A DNA stretch of 11,086 nucleotides from Gemmatimonadales bacterium (GCA_041577295.1 JBFGJG010000079.1:1-11086), one strand, 5' to 3'. Counted from the stretch's first letter, positions 1 through 8,071 are shown. Notes: generated by a model from the sequence alone, not told the origin. Program-made: numbers and translations.

Positions 1-199
1 CATTGCCATGTTGATGAACGAGCGCATGGAGAACATCGGCGCACGAAGACTCCACACGGTCATGACCACCCTGCTCGAAGAGGTGCTCTTCGAGCTCCCC
101 AACATCCCCGAGAAGCACGTCAAGTTCGACGCGGCGCGTGTGCAGGATCGACTCATACGCATCGTCGAAGACGAGGACCTCAGGAAGTACATCCTCTAG
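1..199 (+). CDS. hslU: ATP-dependent protease ATPase subunit HslU, C-terminal fragment (gene starts before the window)
   Basis: ENIGARRLHTVM motif and C-terminal EDLRKYIL, matching the HslU DLSRFIL-type tail; stop TAG at 197-199. Confidence 0.95.
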   Translation, partial: IAMLMNERMENIGARRLHTVMTTLLEEVLFELPNIPEKHVKFDAARVQDRLIRIVEDEDLRKYIL

Positions 200-223
200 C
201 GAGCCGGCGGTCGCGGAATCCAC

Positions 224-253
224 TTTACAACTCCTGGTTTGGGGAGCTAAGAT
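224..253 (+). promoter_or_regulatory. Putative sigma70-type promoter for the argF operon
   Basis: TTTACA (224-229), 18-nt spacer, TAAGAT (248-253), in the intergenic gap 42 nt upstream of the argF ATG. Confidence 0.5.
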
Positions 254-295
254 GCGACCCCAGACTGTCAATTTGGCCGACACACGCCGTCAGAT

Positions 296-1210
296 ATGCC
301 GAAACGCGATTTTATCAAACTCACTGACCTCACCGCAGGCGAGCTCTCGGAGCTCTTGCGTCTCGCAGCCGATATGAAAGCGGGTCGCAACCGGGATCGC
401 CCGCTCGCGGGGAAAACGCTTGCCATGATTTTCGCCAAGAGCAGCACGCGGACACGCGTGTCGTTCGAGGTGGGCATGTATCAGCTCGGGGGGCACGCGC
501 TGTTCTTGTCGTCGCGAGACATTCAGCTCGGACGCGGCGAGCCGATCATGGACACCGCGCGCGTCCTCTCGCGCTATGTCGACGGGATCATGATCCGCAC
601 CTTCGCGAACAGCGACGTGGAAGAGCTGGCGCGACACGCATCGGTGCCCGTGATCAACGGACTCACCGACGCGTTACACCCCTGCCAGATTTTGGGCGAT
701 CTGCTCACCGTGCGCGAATCCCTCGGGGGGTGGGAAGGCAAGGTGGTGGCCTGGATCGGTGACGGTAACAACGTGGCCAACTCGTGGTTGCACGCGGCCG
801 GGCTCCTAGGCTTCGAGATGCGGCTGGCGTGTCCGGAAGGGTATGAGCCCGACCGCGACATCTTCGAGTGGGCCAAGGGTTCGACCAAGGTCTCGATCTA
901 CGAGGATCCGGATGACGCGGTTCGCGGGGCTCATGTGATCAACACGGACGTCTGGGCGTCAATGGGTCAGGAGGCCGAAGCAGAAGCTCGTCAGCTGTCC
1001 TTCAAAGGATACGTCGTGGACCGAGAGCTCATGAGCCTTGCCGATCGTAAGGCCATTTTTCTTCACTGCCTTCCGGCGCACCGCGGAGAGGAGGTCACTG
1101 ACGACGTGATCGAGGGGCCACAGTCGCGTGTGTTCGACCAGGCAGAGAATCGGTTGCACGTTCAGAAGGCATTACTGGTGACGCTGATGGGTGGAAAGGA
1201 CGCATCATGA
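296..1210 (+). CDS. argF: Ornithine carbamoyltransferase
   Basis: STRT carbamoyl-phosphate motif, HPCQ, DVWASMG (SMG loop), HCLP and QAENR; 304 aa. Confidence 0.97.
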   Translation: MPKRDFIKLTDLTAGELSELLRLAADMKAGRNRDRPLAGKTLAMIFAKSSTRTRVSFEVGMYQLGGHALFLSSRDIQLGRGEPIMDTARVLSRYVDGIMIRTFANSDVEELARHASVPVINGLTDALHPCQILGDLLTVRESLGGWEGKVVAWIGDGNNVANSWLHAAGLLGFEMRLACPEGYEPDRDIFEWAKGSTKVSIYEDPDDAVRGAHVINTDVWASMGQEAEAEARQLSFKGYVVDRELMSLADRKAIFLHCLPAHRGEEVTDDVIEGPQSRVFDQAENRLHVQKALLVTLMGGKDAS

Positions 1211-2316
1211 GTGCTCAGAGTCTCAAGCGTACGCCGTTCTACGAACAGCACCTCGAAGCCAAGGCAAAGATGGCTCCCTTTGCAGGGTTCGAGATGCCTG
1301 TACAATACGTGGGTATCACCAAGGAGCATGAAGCGGTACGGACCAACGCGGGTGTGTTCGATCTCTCCCACATGGGAGAGTTCGAGGTCACCGGGCCCGA
1401 TCGCAATGCGTTTGTGAACCGTATCACGTCCAACGATTTTGGCGGGCTGGAAGATGGTCGAGCGCAGTATACCGCCCTGCTCTCCGATGAGGGAACGTTC
1501 GTCGATGACTGTGTCGTCTATCGTTTCGACGACAAAGTGATGCTGGTCGTCAATGCGGCAAACGTTGACAAAGACTGGAAGCACGTCGTACAGCGCAAGA
1601 CCAACATCAATGTTCGGTTGAAGAACATCTCCGATGAAGTAGCGCTCCTCGGTGTCCAAGGGCCGAAGAGCGAGGGACTGATCCAGTCGCTCACTGGTGT
1701 TCGTTTGAGCGACATCCCCTACTACGCGTTCGAGGTCGGTGAGGTGGCTGGCGTGGGCTGCTTCGTTTCGCGGACGGGCTATACGGGGGAAGATGGATTC
1801 GAGCTCTATTTTCGCTCAAAGCACGCTGAGGTGATGTGGCGATCGTTGGTGGGCGCGGGAGGTGCGCAGCCCATTGGGCTCGGCGCACGGGATTCCCTGC
1901 GCCTCGAGATGGGCTATGCACTCTACGGCAACGAGATCGACGACACGATCAACCCGTACGAGGCTGGTCTTGGTTGGATCGTGAAGCTTGGCAAGGGTGC
2001 GCCCTTCGTAGGAAAAAAAGCGCTGGAGGCCATCAAGACGAAGGGGCCGACCCGACGTCTCGTGGGTTTCGTGTGTCCCGAAAAAGGTGCGATTCCCCGA
2101 CACGGGTACGACGTGTTACTGAAGAACGTGAAAGTCGACATCGTGCGGAGTGGAGGCTTCAGCCCGAGCCTTCAGCAGGCCATCGGCACGACCTATCTCC
2201 CCACGCATTCGACGGAGCCCGGTACGCAGATCACGATCGATTGCCGGGGGAAGCGGGTCACCGCCGAAGTGGTGAAGATGCCGTTCTACAAAGGCGGCAG
2301 TGCAAAGAAGTCGTGA
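1207..2316 (+). CDS. gcvT: Glycine cleavage system aminomethyltransferase T
   Basis: LKRTPFY...FAGFEMPVQY, FDLSHMGE, SRTGYTGEDGFE, GLGARDSLRLEMG and C-terminal VVKMPFY; ATGA overlap with the argF stop. Confidence 0.96.
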   Translation: MSAQSLKRTPFYEQHLEAKAKMAPFAGFEMPVQYVGITKEHEAVRTNAGVFDLSHMGEFEVTGPDRNAFVNRITSNDFGGLEDGRAQYTALLSDEGTFVDDCVVYRFDDKVMLVVNAANVDKDWKHVVQRKTNINVRLKNISDEVALLGVQGPKSEGLIQSLTGVRLSDIPYYAFEVGEVAGVGCFVSRTGYTGEDGFELYFRSKHAEVMWRSLVGAGGAQPIGLGARDSLRLEMGYALYGNEIDDTINPYEAGLGWIVKLGKGAPFVGKKALEAIKTKGPTRRLVGFVCPEKGAIPRHGYDVLLKNVKVDIVRSGGFSPSLQQAIGTTYLPTHSTEPGTQITIDCRGKRVTAEVVKMPFYKGGSAKKS

Positions 2317-2795
2317 TCCGGATCGGTGTCTTGACGGCGTCGGATCTGGGGGCACGGGGAGCGCGCGCGGATACGTCGGGCGACGCTGTGGTCACCTGGG
2401 CTGAAGAGCACGGGTTCCAGGTGACCGTCAGGCAGGCGGTGCCGGACGAGACCGATCGCATCGCCGGGCTGCTCATTCGGTGGTCGGATGAGGGCCTCGC
2501 AGACGTCATCATAACGACTGGTGGAACCGGCCTCGGTCCGCGCGACGTGACGCCCGAAGCCACGCGCGCGGTCATCGATCGGGAGGCCCCAGGGCTGGCA
2601 GAGGCTATTCGCGCCGCGGGTCGGGCCGTGTTTCCCAGGACGGATCTTTCGCGCGGGGTGGCGGGCACTCGTGCCGCGACGCTCATCGTCAATTTGCCGG
2701 GGAGCCCGAGCGGCGTGCGCGACGGGCTGACCGTGCTCGAACCGCTGGTTGAGCACGCCGTGCAACTCTTGCGGGGTGAACCGACGGATCACTGA
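2313..2795 (+). CDS. mog: Molybdopterin adenylyltransferase (MogA/MoaB family)
   Basis: TTGGTG, DVTPEAT, SRGVAG and NLPGSP motifs. The start is placed at GTG 2313 (GTGA overlap with the gcvT stop), in frame with the 1836..2795 ORF; 160 aa. Confidence 0.9.
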   Translation: MIRIGVLTASDLGARGARADTSGDAVVTWAEEHGFQVTVRQAVPDETDRIAGLLIRWSDEGLADVIITTGGTGLGPRDVTPEATRAVIDREAPGLAEAIRAAGRAVFPRTDLSRGVAGTRAATLIVNLPGSPSGVRDGLTVLEPLVEHAVQLLRGEPTDH

Positions 2796-4324
2796 TGGCA
2801 GACAGAGTCCTCATCACCATGGATGACCTGGAGAACGCCGTCCCGTCCAACGCGGCGCTCGAGAAGGCGGGCTTTGACACCCGCATGCTCTCCTCCGGTG
2901 ATGATTCGAGGGCAGTGCTCCGTGGATTCGAACCGGACGTGATTGTGCTCACCGAAGCGACCCTCGACCCGCATGTCAAATCGCTCCTCACACTCGCGCG
3001 TGACCGCCGCATCTCCACGCTCGGACTCCTCGAGTCCACGACGCCGGACCCACACGAGACCGTACATCGACTCGGCCTGACCGGCTGGATGTCGAAGCCC
3101 GTCGCTCCCCGTGACGTCGCTGCGGCGGTAACCCGCATCATCAGCCGGCGGCGTCTCCAGGAGCGGACCAAAATCGTCGGAGAAAGCCCAGCGCTGCAGG
3201 AGGTACTAGTCAAAATCGAGCAGTTCGCACCAGTCAATAGCACCGTGTTGATCGAGGGCGAGTCGGGAACGGGCAAAGAGTTGGTCGCGCAGGCCATCCA
3301 CATGCTCTCACCGCGCCGCGAGCGCCCGTTTCTTCCCGTAAACTGTGGTGCCATTACGGAGTCGCTGTTGGAGTCGGAGTTGTTCGGCCACGAAAAGGGT
3401 GCGTTCACGGGCGCGGCCGAACGGCGCCTCGGACGGTTCGAGTTGGCGAACGGCGGAACCCTGTTCCTGGACGAGGTTGGTGAGATGCAGCCCGCGACAC
3501 AGGTCAAGTTGCTCCGCGTGCTCGAGACCCGGAGCTTCTTACGTGTGGGCGGGGAGCAGTCGATCAACGTGGACGTTCGCGTGATCGCGGCATCCAACAA
3601 ATCACTGCGGGAGCTCGTGCTCGCCGGCAGGTTTCGGGAGGATCTCTACTACCGGCTGAACGTCCTCTACATCTACCTCCCGCCGCTGCGTGAGCGACGG
3701 AGCGACATTGCCTTGCTCATCAGGCAGTTCGTCAACGAGTTGACCGCGGAGCACGGTCGGAAGTTCCCGGGCTTCACCGACGACGCGCTCGAGATGCTCG
3801 TCAACGCGCATTGGCCGGGGAACGTGCGCCAGCTGCGCAACCTCATTGAGTCGGTCGTCGTGCTCGCGCCTGACCGGCAGGTCCGGCCCAGTGACATCCC
3901 ACCGGAGATTCAGGAGCAGGGTACGCGTCTGTTGCCGGTGCCTGTTCCGGGACGCATGCGCGACATCCCCGACCGAGAGCTCGAGTTCATCCTCCGGAGC
4001 CTCGTCGATCTCAAAGTGCAGATCATGGACCTAAAACGACGACTCGACGACGTGCCGCAACGGGTGGAAGCGATCGAGGCGCGGCCGTCAGTCGAGTACG
4101 AGGACATCACTCCGGGGCGCCAGCAATTTGCCAGCGTGGGCTTCGAGGAGGAGCCCGATCAGGAGGTGGTGTACCGGCCGGGGATGAAGATGGCTGATGT
4201 CGAACGAGCGGCCATCGAGGCGGCGCTCAAGGAAACGGGTGGCAACCGCCGGAGGGCGGCGGAGGAGTTGGGGATTGGGGAGCGGACGCTCTATCGTAAG
4301 ATCAAAGAGTACAATCTGTCTTAG
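2795..4324 (+). CDS. Sigma54-dependent enhancer-binding protein (NtrC/Fis family) with an atypical receiver-like N-terminus
   Basis: Walker [24 protein letters not shown], Walker [26 protein letters not shown] and a C-terminal Fis-type HTH ([23 protein letters not shown]); TGATG overlap with the mog stop. Confidence 0.93.
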   Translation: MADRVLITMDDLENAVPSNAALEKAGFDTRMLSSGDDSRAVLRGFEPDVIVLTEATLDPHVKSLLTLARDRRISTLGLLESTTPDPHETVHRLGLTGWMSKPVAPRDVAAAVTRIISRRRLQERTKIVGESPALQEVLVKIEQFAPVNSTVLIEGESGTGKELVAQAIHMLSPRRERPFLPVNCGAITESLLESELFGHEKGAFTGAAERRLGRFELANGGTLFLDEVGEMQPATQVKLLRVLETRSFLRVGGEQSINVDVRVIAASNKSLRELVLAGRFREDLYYRLNVLYIYLPPLRERRSDIALLIRQFVNELTAEHGRKFPGFTDDALEMLVNAHWPGNVRQLRNLIESVVVLAPDRQVRPSDIPPEIQEQGTRLLPVPVPGRMRDIPDRELEFILRSLVDLKVQIMDLKRRLDDVPQRVEAIEARPSVEYEDITPGRQQFASVGFEEEPDQEVVYRPGMKMADVERAAIEAALKETGGNRRRAAEELGIGERTLYRKIKEYNLS

Positions 4325-5136
4325 CGACCCAGCAGCCGAGCGATCCGTTCATCGGTCGGTGGATGGGTGCTAAACAGCGCGAGCACGCCGCGGCCGGCGA
4401 AGGGCTTCATGATGAACATGTGCGCCGTTGCGGGATTGGCCGGAAGCGGCCGGCGCTGCGCGACGGCCTCGATCTTTTTGAGCGCTCGCGCCAGGCCGTC
4501 TGGTGTGCCGGCGATCTCGGCACCGCTTGCGTCGGCTGCGAACTCGCGGGATCGAGAAATCGCCGCCTGCACGAGGCCAGCCGCCAGCGGTGCGAGCACG
4601 ATCATCGCGATGAGAACCAGCGGGTTGCTGCCTCGGTCCCGGCCACCTCCGAAGAACATACCGATACGCGCCACGAAAATTATGGCGGCGGCGATCGTTG
4701 CGGCGACGGAGCTGATCAGGATGTCACGGTTTTTGACGTGCGCGAGTTCGTGCGCCATGACGCCGGCCAGCTCGTCTTCGTCCAGCGTGCGGAGAATCCC
4801 CTCGGTAGCGGCGACGGCGGCGTGGTTGGGGCCCCGTCCGGTCGCGAACGCGTTGGGCGACTCACTTGGGATGATGTACACCCGCGGCATGGGCAGACCC
4901 GCGCGTTGCGCGAGGCGTTCGACCATGCCGTACAGCCGGTGACTCTTGTCCACCGGCTGCGCTTTATACATCCTGAGGACGAGCTTGTCGGCAAACCAGA
5001 ACGAAAAGAAGTTCATCGCGATCGCGATGATGAACGCGATGGTCAGTCCTTGCGCGCCACCCGCGAATTGACCAATCGCAAGCAGCAGACCCGACAACAG
5101 GCCCAGGAGAAGTGCGGTCTTTAACCCATTTGGCAT
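4321..5136 (-). CDS. htpX: Membrane zinc metalloprotease HtpX (peptidase M48)
   Basis: N-terminal TM pair, [13 protein letters not shown] zinc motif, SRSREFAAD and STHPP; 271 aa. Confidence 0.93.
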   Translation of the reverse strand: MPNGLKTALLLGLLSGLLLAIGQFAGGAQGLTIAFIIAIAMNFFSFWFADKLVLRMYKAQPVDKSHRLYGMVERLAQRAGLPMPRVYIIPSESPNAFATGRGPNHAAVAATEGILRTLDEDELAGVMAHELAHVKNRDILISSVAATIAAAIIFVARIGMFFGGGRDRGSNPLVLIAMIVLAPLAAGLVQAAISRSREFAADASGAEIAGTPDGLARALKKIEAVAQRRPLPANPATAHMFIMKPFAGRGVLALFSTHPPTDERIARLLGR

Positions 5137-5142
5137 GGTACA

Positions 5143-5172
5143 ATCTTACATTGTCGTCTAGGTGCAACACAA
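5143..5172 (-). promoter_or_regulatory. Putative sigma70-type promoter of htpX, probably giving a leaderless mRNA
   Basis: On the minus strand: TTGTGT (5172-5167), 18 nt, TAAGAT (5148-5143), then 6 nt to the ATG; no SD. Confidence 0.45.
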
Positions 5173-5215
5173 CGGGTGTGTATCTTGGTAACGGAGTCCG
5201 GCGAGGACGAGGACG

Positions 5216-5231
5216 GGTGATAGGTGTCACA
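5216..5231. promoter_or_regulatory. CRP/FNR-family-like operator
   Basis: GGTGA-taggtg-TCACA matches the CRP consensus TGTGA-N6-TCACA at 9/10 positions; it lies in the divergent htpX / DGC intergenic region. Confidence 0.4.
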
Positions 5232-5286
5232 GCGGTTTCAGACCCGGAGGTCACAGCTATCGTCGCCCAAATCAACGATTTTCCCA

Positions 5287-5315
5287 TTGACACCGCCTGT
5301 ATAGCGGGGCATAGT
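5287..5315 (+). promoter_or_regulatory. Putative sigma70 promoter for the FeS-GGDEF gene
   Basis: Perfect TTGACA (5287-5292), 17-nt spacer, CATAGT (5310-5315; 4/6 match to TATAAT). Confidence 0.55.
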
Positions 5316-5365
5316 AAGTCCGCAGCGACGCCCTCCATGCCCTCCGCGCCCGGCTGGCTGGTCTA

Positions 5366-7075
5366 GTGCGATTCGAGGTCAACGAGAACTGTGTAAGCTG
5401 CCTCGCGTGCGTACGGGCCTGTCCGGCGCAGGCGATTGCAGTTGACGGCCTCAACGTCGGTGTCGTCGACGACGCGTGCATTCGAGCGGGGGCCTGCGTC
5501 CCAGCATGTCCGCACGACGCGATAGACATCGTCGGAGATCTCAGCCGCGCACTGAACCTCGCGAAGGCCGGCGAGGCCGTGTTGATGCTGGGTGCCGAAG
5601 CCGCGGTGTATTTCTACCCGTTCACGCCGGAACAAGTGGTGAACGCGTGCTACCGGGCCGGGTTTCAAACCGTGCATCGCGGTGTAATCGGGGATGAGTT
5701 GGTGGCGGCCGAGTACGACGCCCTCTTTGCCGACCGTAGTTGGGGGACGCTCATCCGTTCGACCTGCCCGGTCGTGGTCGAACGGATCCGGAGACGCTAT
5801 CCGGAGCTCGTCTCATTTCTCGCGCCCGTAAAGACCCCGTTTGCCGCCGAGGTGGGATACCTCAGGGCGATGTATGGGGCGGACGTGCCCATCGTGTATG
5901 CCGGTCTGGGCAATGTTGGGACAGACACCCAGGTCGAAGCATTGATCACGTTCGAGGAGTTGGCGGAGCTCTTTCGTGCACTCGGCGTTGACGTGGCTTC
6001 CCAGCACTTGTACTTCGGGCGGATTCCGGAAGTCGATCAGCGACATGTGAGCGCGCCCGGGGGGCTGCCATACGGGGTGTTGCAAGAGATGCGGATGACG
6101 AGTCGTGGGTTCGTCAAGGTCCGCGGTCTCGATGGTTTGGAAGCAGTGGCGCGGGCAGTGGCGGATGGGGTCGAGTTGGGCTTCGTCGACATCTTGCACA
6201 ACGAAGGCTCGCTCGACCATCCAATGCTGGGGCCACCGGAGGAGTTGTTCTGGCGCCGCCGCGTTGCGCAGGAGGCCGCGCCACCCCGCAGCCTGGAGCC
6301 CGTAGTGGACCCTGCGGTGCCGGTGGATGTCCGGATGACGTTCGACTTCATGACCAACGGGCAGCGACCCGCCGACTCGGAGATACGCGAGGTCATCGAA
6401 CGAATCGGGACGGTGGCGGATGGGAGTCACTGGGATTGTGGTGCCTGTGGGTACGACTCCTGCGTCGAATTCGCCGATGCGTTTCTCAAGGGGCGAGCGA
6501 CGCTCCGTCAGTGTCCACCGTACCAGGAGCGGCGTGCGGAGGAGGCGCAGCGTGAGGTGGCGGTCGACGAGCTCACCGGGTTGGCAACCTACCGGGTGCT
6601 CCGGGCGCGGATTCAGCAGGAGGTAGCCCGCAGCGCGCGCACCGGCGAGCCGTTTGGGATCGTGTTCGTCGATGTCGACCGCTTCAAGTCGGTGAACGAT
6701 CGCTACGGGCATGAGGCTGGCAACCGTATTCTGGCCGCGATCGGCGGGGATCTGCAGCGCATCGTCCGGAAGACGGACGTGGCGGCCCGGTACGGAGGTG
6801 ATGAGTTCGTAATCGTGCTCTTCCGGACGGATGCGGAGGGCGCATGGCGGGTTGGGGATGTCGTACGACACTCGCTTGAGCGAGTGGGCAGGGAGCTGAA
6901 TTATGGACCGGGTGTGGTGACGGTCTCGGTTGGGACGGCGAGCCATGATCCCCGGTTTCTTGAACACGGCGATGCGTTGGAGGCGGCGGATCGCGCCCTG
7001 TACCGCGCTAAGGCCGCTGGGGGCAATCGGGTGGAGGCTGCCGAGCGGTTTGAGCTCGCCGAGAACTCGCACTAA
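5366..7075 (+). CDS. Diguanylate cyclase with N-terminal ferredoxin, degenerate [FeFe]-hydrogenase large-subunit-like domain and FeS domain
   Basis: CVSCLACVRACP and CIRAGACVPACP ferredoxin motifs; LIRSTCPVVV...YPELVSFLAPVKTP (hydrogenase/Nar1-like); DCGACGYDSC-x16-C FeS motif; DELTGL, DVDRFKSVNDRYGHEAGN, RKTD I-site, RYGGDEF and ADRALYRAKAAGGNRV. Confidence 0.9.
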   Translation: MRFEVNENCVSCLACVRACPAQAIAVDGLNVGVVDDACIRAGACVPACPHDAIDIVGDLSRALNLAKAGEAVLMLGAEAAVYFYPFTPEQVVNACYRAGFQTVHRGVIGDELVAAEYDALFADRSWGTLIRSTCPVVVERIRRRYPELVSFLAPVKTPFAAEVGYLRAMYGADVPIVYAGLGNVGTDTQVEALITFEELAELFRALGVDVASQHLYFGRIPEVDQRHVSAPGGLPYGVLQEMRMTSRGFVKVRGLDGLEAVARAVADGVELGFVDILHNEGSLDHPMLGPPEELFWRRRVAQEAAPPRSLEPVVDPAVPVDVRMTFDFMTNGQRPADSEIREVIERIGTVADGSHWDCGACGYDSCVEFADAFLKGRATLRQCPPYQERRAEEAQREVAVDELTGLATYRVLRARIQQEVARSARTGEPFGIVFVDVDRFKSVNDRYGHEAGNRILAAIGGDLQRIVRKTDVAARYGGDEFVIVLFRTDAEGAWRVGDVVRHSLERVGRELNYGPGVVTVSVGTASHDPRFLEHGDALEAADRALYRAKAAGGNRVEAAERFELAENSH

Positions 7076-7087
7076 GGGGACAGTGAC

Positions 7088-7819
7088 GTGACACCAGGCG
7101 AAGCTGAAGTTCAGCAGCAGGGTCAGGGCGCGGCCAGCCAGCAGGTGGGGAGAGCGGATCCGTGGGGGGTGAAGCGCGCGGAAAACCTCTTGACGAGCCT
7201 GCAGGGAGTGTTATCGGCGCGTGTGGTAGTGTCGCCGATTGGTGAGGTGACCGAGATCCATGTGTTGGCCCAGAGCGGGATCTCGCCAAAACAGATCGTC
7301 CGCAACGTCGAGAGTGCCCTCCTGGCGCACCTCGGCCTCAAGGTTGACCACCGCAAGATCAGCGTGGCCCAAACTGCTGAGGTCCGGCCCATCGAGGCGC
7401 TCGAGGGGACGGCCGTCAAGCAGGAGGCCAGGCGCCGAGGGCTCCTGTTTCAGACCCTCGACGTGCGGACCGCCGGGCCCCGAAGGGTACGGCTCCTGGT
7501 CACGCTCAACGTCGAAGGGGAGGAGGTGACGGGGGAGGAGGAGGTCGCCGACGCCCCCCGGGCCCGCCTCCAGGGGGCAGCCCGGGCCACTGTCGCGGCG
7601 GTGGACAAAATGCTTCCGTCCTTTACATTCGAGCTTGAGGGCGTCAAGATTATCGAGGCCTTCGATACGGAGCTGGCGGTCGCCGGGGTCCACGTGCTGG
7701 ACGGCCGGAAGACCACGCTCCTGGTGGGGACGGCGGCGACCAAGGAAGGTCCGGAGCAGGCAACCGTTCTCGCCGTCTTGGATGCGACCAACCGGTGGGT
7801 CCAGACCCATCGTGAGTAG
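7088..7819 (+). CDS. Uncharacterised two-domain protein
   Basis: 243-aa ORF with GC-rich third codon positions; AAGGGGA SD-like motif just before the GTG; starts 12 nt after the DGC stop and is followed by a hairpin with a T run. Confidence 0.8.
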   Translation: MTPGEAEVQQQGQGAASQQVGRADPWGVKRAENLLTSLQGVLSARVVVSPIGEVTEIHVLAQSGISPKQIVRNVESALLAHLGLKVDHRKISVAQTAEVRPIEALEGTAVKQEARRRGLLFQTLDVRTAGPRRVRLLVTLNVEGEEVTGEEEVADAPRARLQGAARATVAAVDKMLPSFTFELEGVKIIEAFDTELAVAGVHVLDGRKTTLLVGTAATKEGPEQATVLAVLDATNRWVQTHRE

Positions 7820-7828
7820 TTAATTCGC

Positions 7829-7856
7829 GCCCCGTTTGGTCACCCGGCGGGGTTTT
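7829..7856 (+). terminator. Putative intrinsic terminator
   Basis: GCCCCGTT(T)GG-TCAC-CCGGCGGGGT stem with G-U pairs and one bulge, ending in TTTT, about 10 nt after the 7819 stop. Confidence 0.5.
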
Positions 7857-8055
7857 CACATCTTCGAGGATCGGCTTTCGGTCACCCCCCTTACCGGGGT
7901 CGAGCCTCAACCTGCACAGGAGGAAATAGGGGGCCCTCGGAGGATTGCTCAACCACTGAAGTAGCGGAGCGGATCGGTCAGCATTAAAGAGCGGAGCCTC
8001 GGGCATACCATAGCGAGGTGTGCCACTTCTCGTTGAAGCAGCCGCAGCTGCTGGG

Positions 8056-8065
8056 AAGGAGGTGA
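8056..8065 (+). promoter_or_regulatory. Strong Shine-Dalgarno sequence for the small peptide ORF
   Basis: AAGGAGGTGA, an extended complement of the 16S 3' end, ending 6 nt before ATG 8072. Confidence 0.8.
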
Positions 8066-8071
8066 CGCAAC

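Noticed and set aside
1836..2312. N-terminal extension of the 319-aa ORF 1836..2795
   Set aside because: It overlaps gcvT out of frame and is Arg-rich and non-protein-like. MogA/MoaB similarity begins at GTG 2313.
3140..3340. FleQ-type c-di-GMP binding by the sigma54 activator
   Set aside because: The FleQ LFRS and R-N motifs are not present at the equivalent positions (ERTKIVG, AQAIH).
2689..3600. 303-aa minus-strand ORF
   Set aside because: Antisense shadow of the sigma54 activator, typical of high-GC DNA; no motifs.
4363..5124. 253-aa and 191-aa plus-strand ORFs
   Set aside because: Antisense to the well-supported htpX; no recognisable domains.
5366..6350. Functional [FeFe]-hydrogenase
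   Set aside because: The H-cluster Cys ligands of motifs P2 and P3 and the P2 Lys are absent.
5813..7072. 419-aa minus-strand ORF
   Set aside because: Antisense shadow of the DGC gene; no motifs or RBS.
8012..8025. Possible sigma54 promoter (TGGCAC on the minus strand)
   Set aside because: GG-to-GC spacing is 8 nt instead of the required 10. The TGGCAT at 5131 also lacks a -12 TTGC.
7860..8060. Known c-di-GMP-I/II or c-di-AMP riboswitch
   Set aside because: I could not find the hallmark elements by eye (for example the GCAAA/GNRA tetraloop-receptor layout of class I). An Rfam scan is needed.
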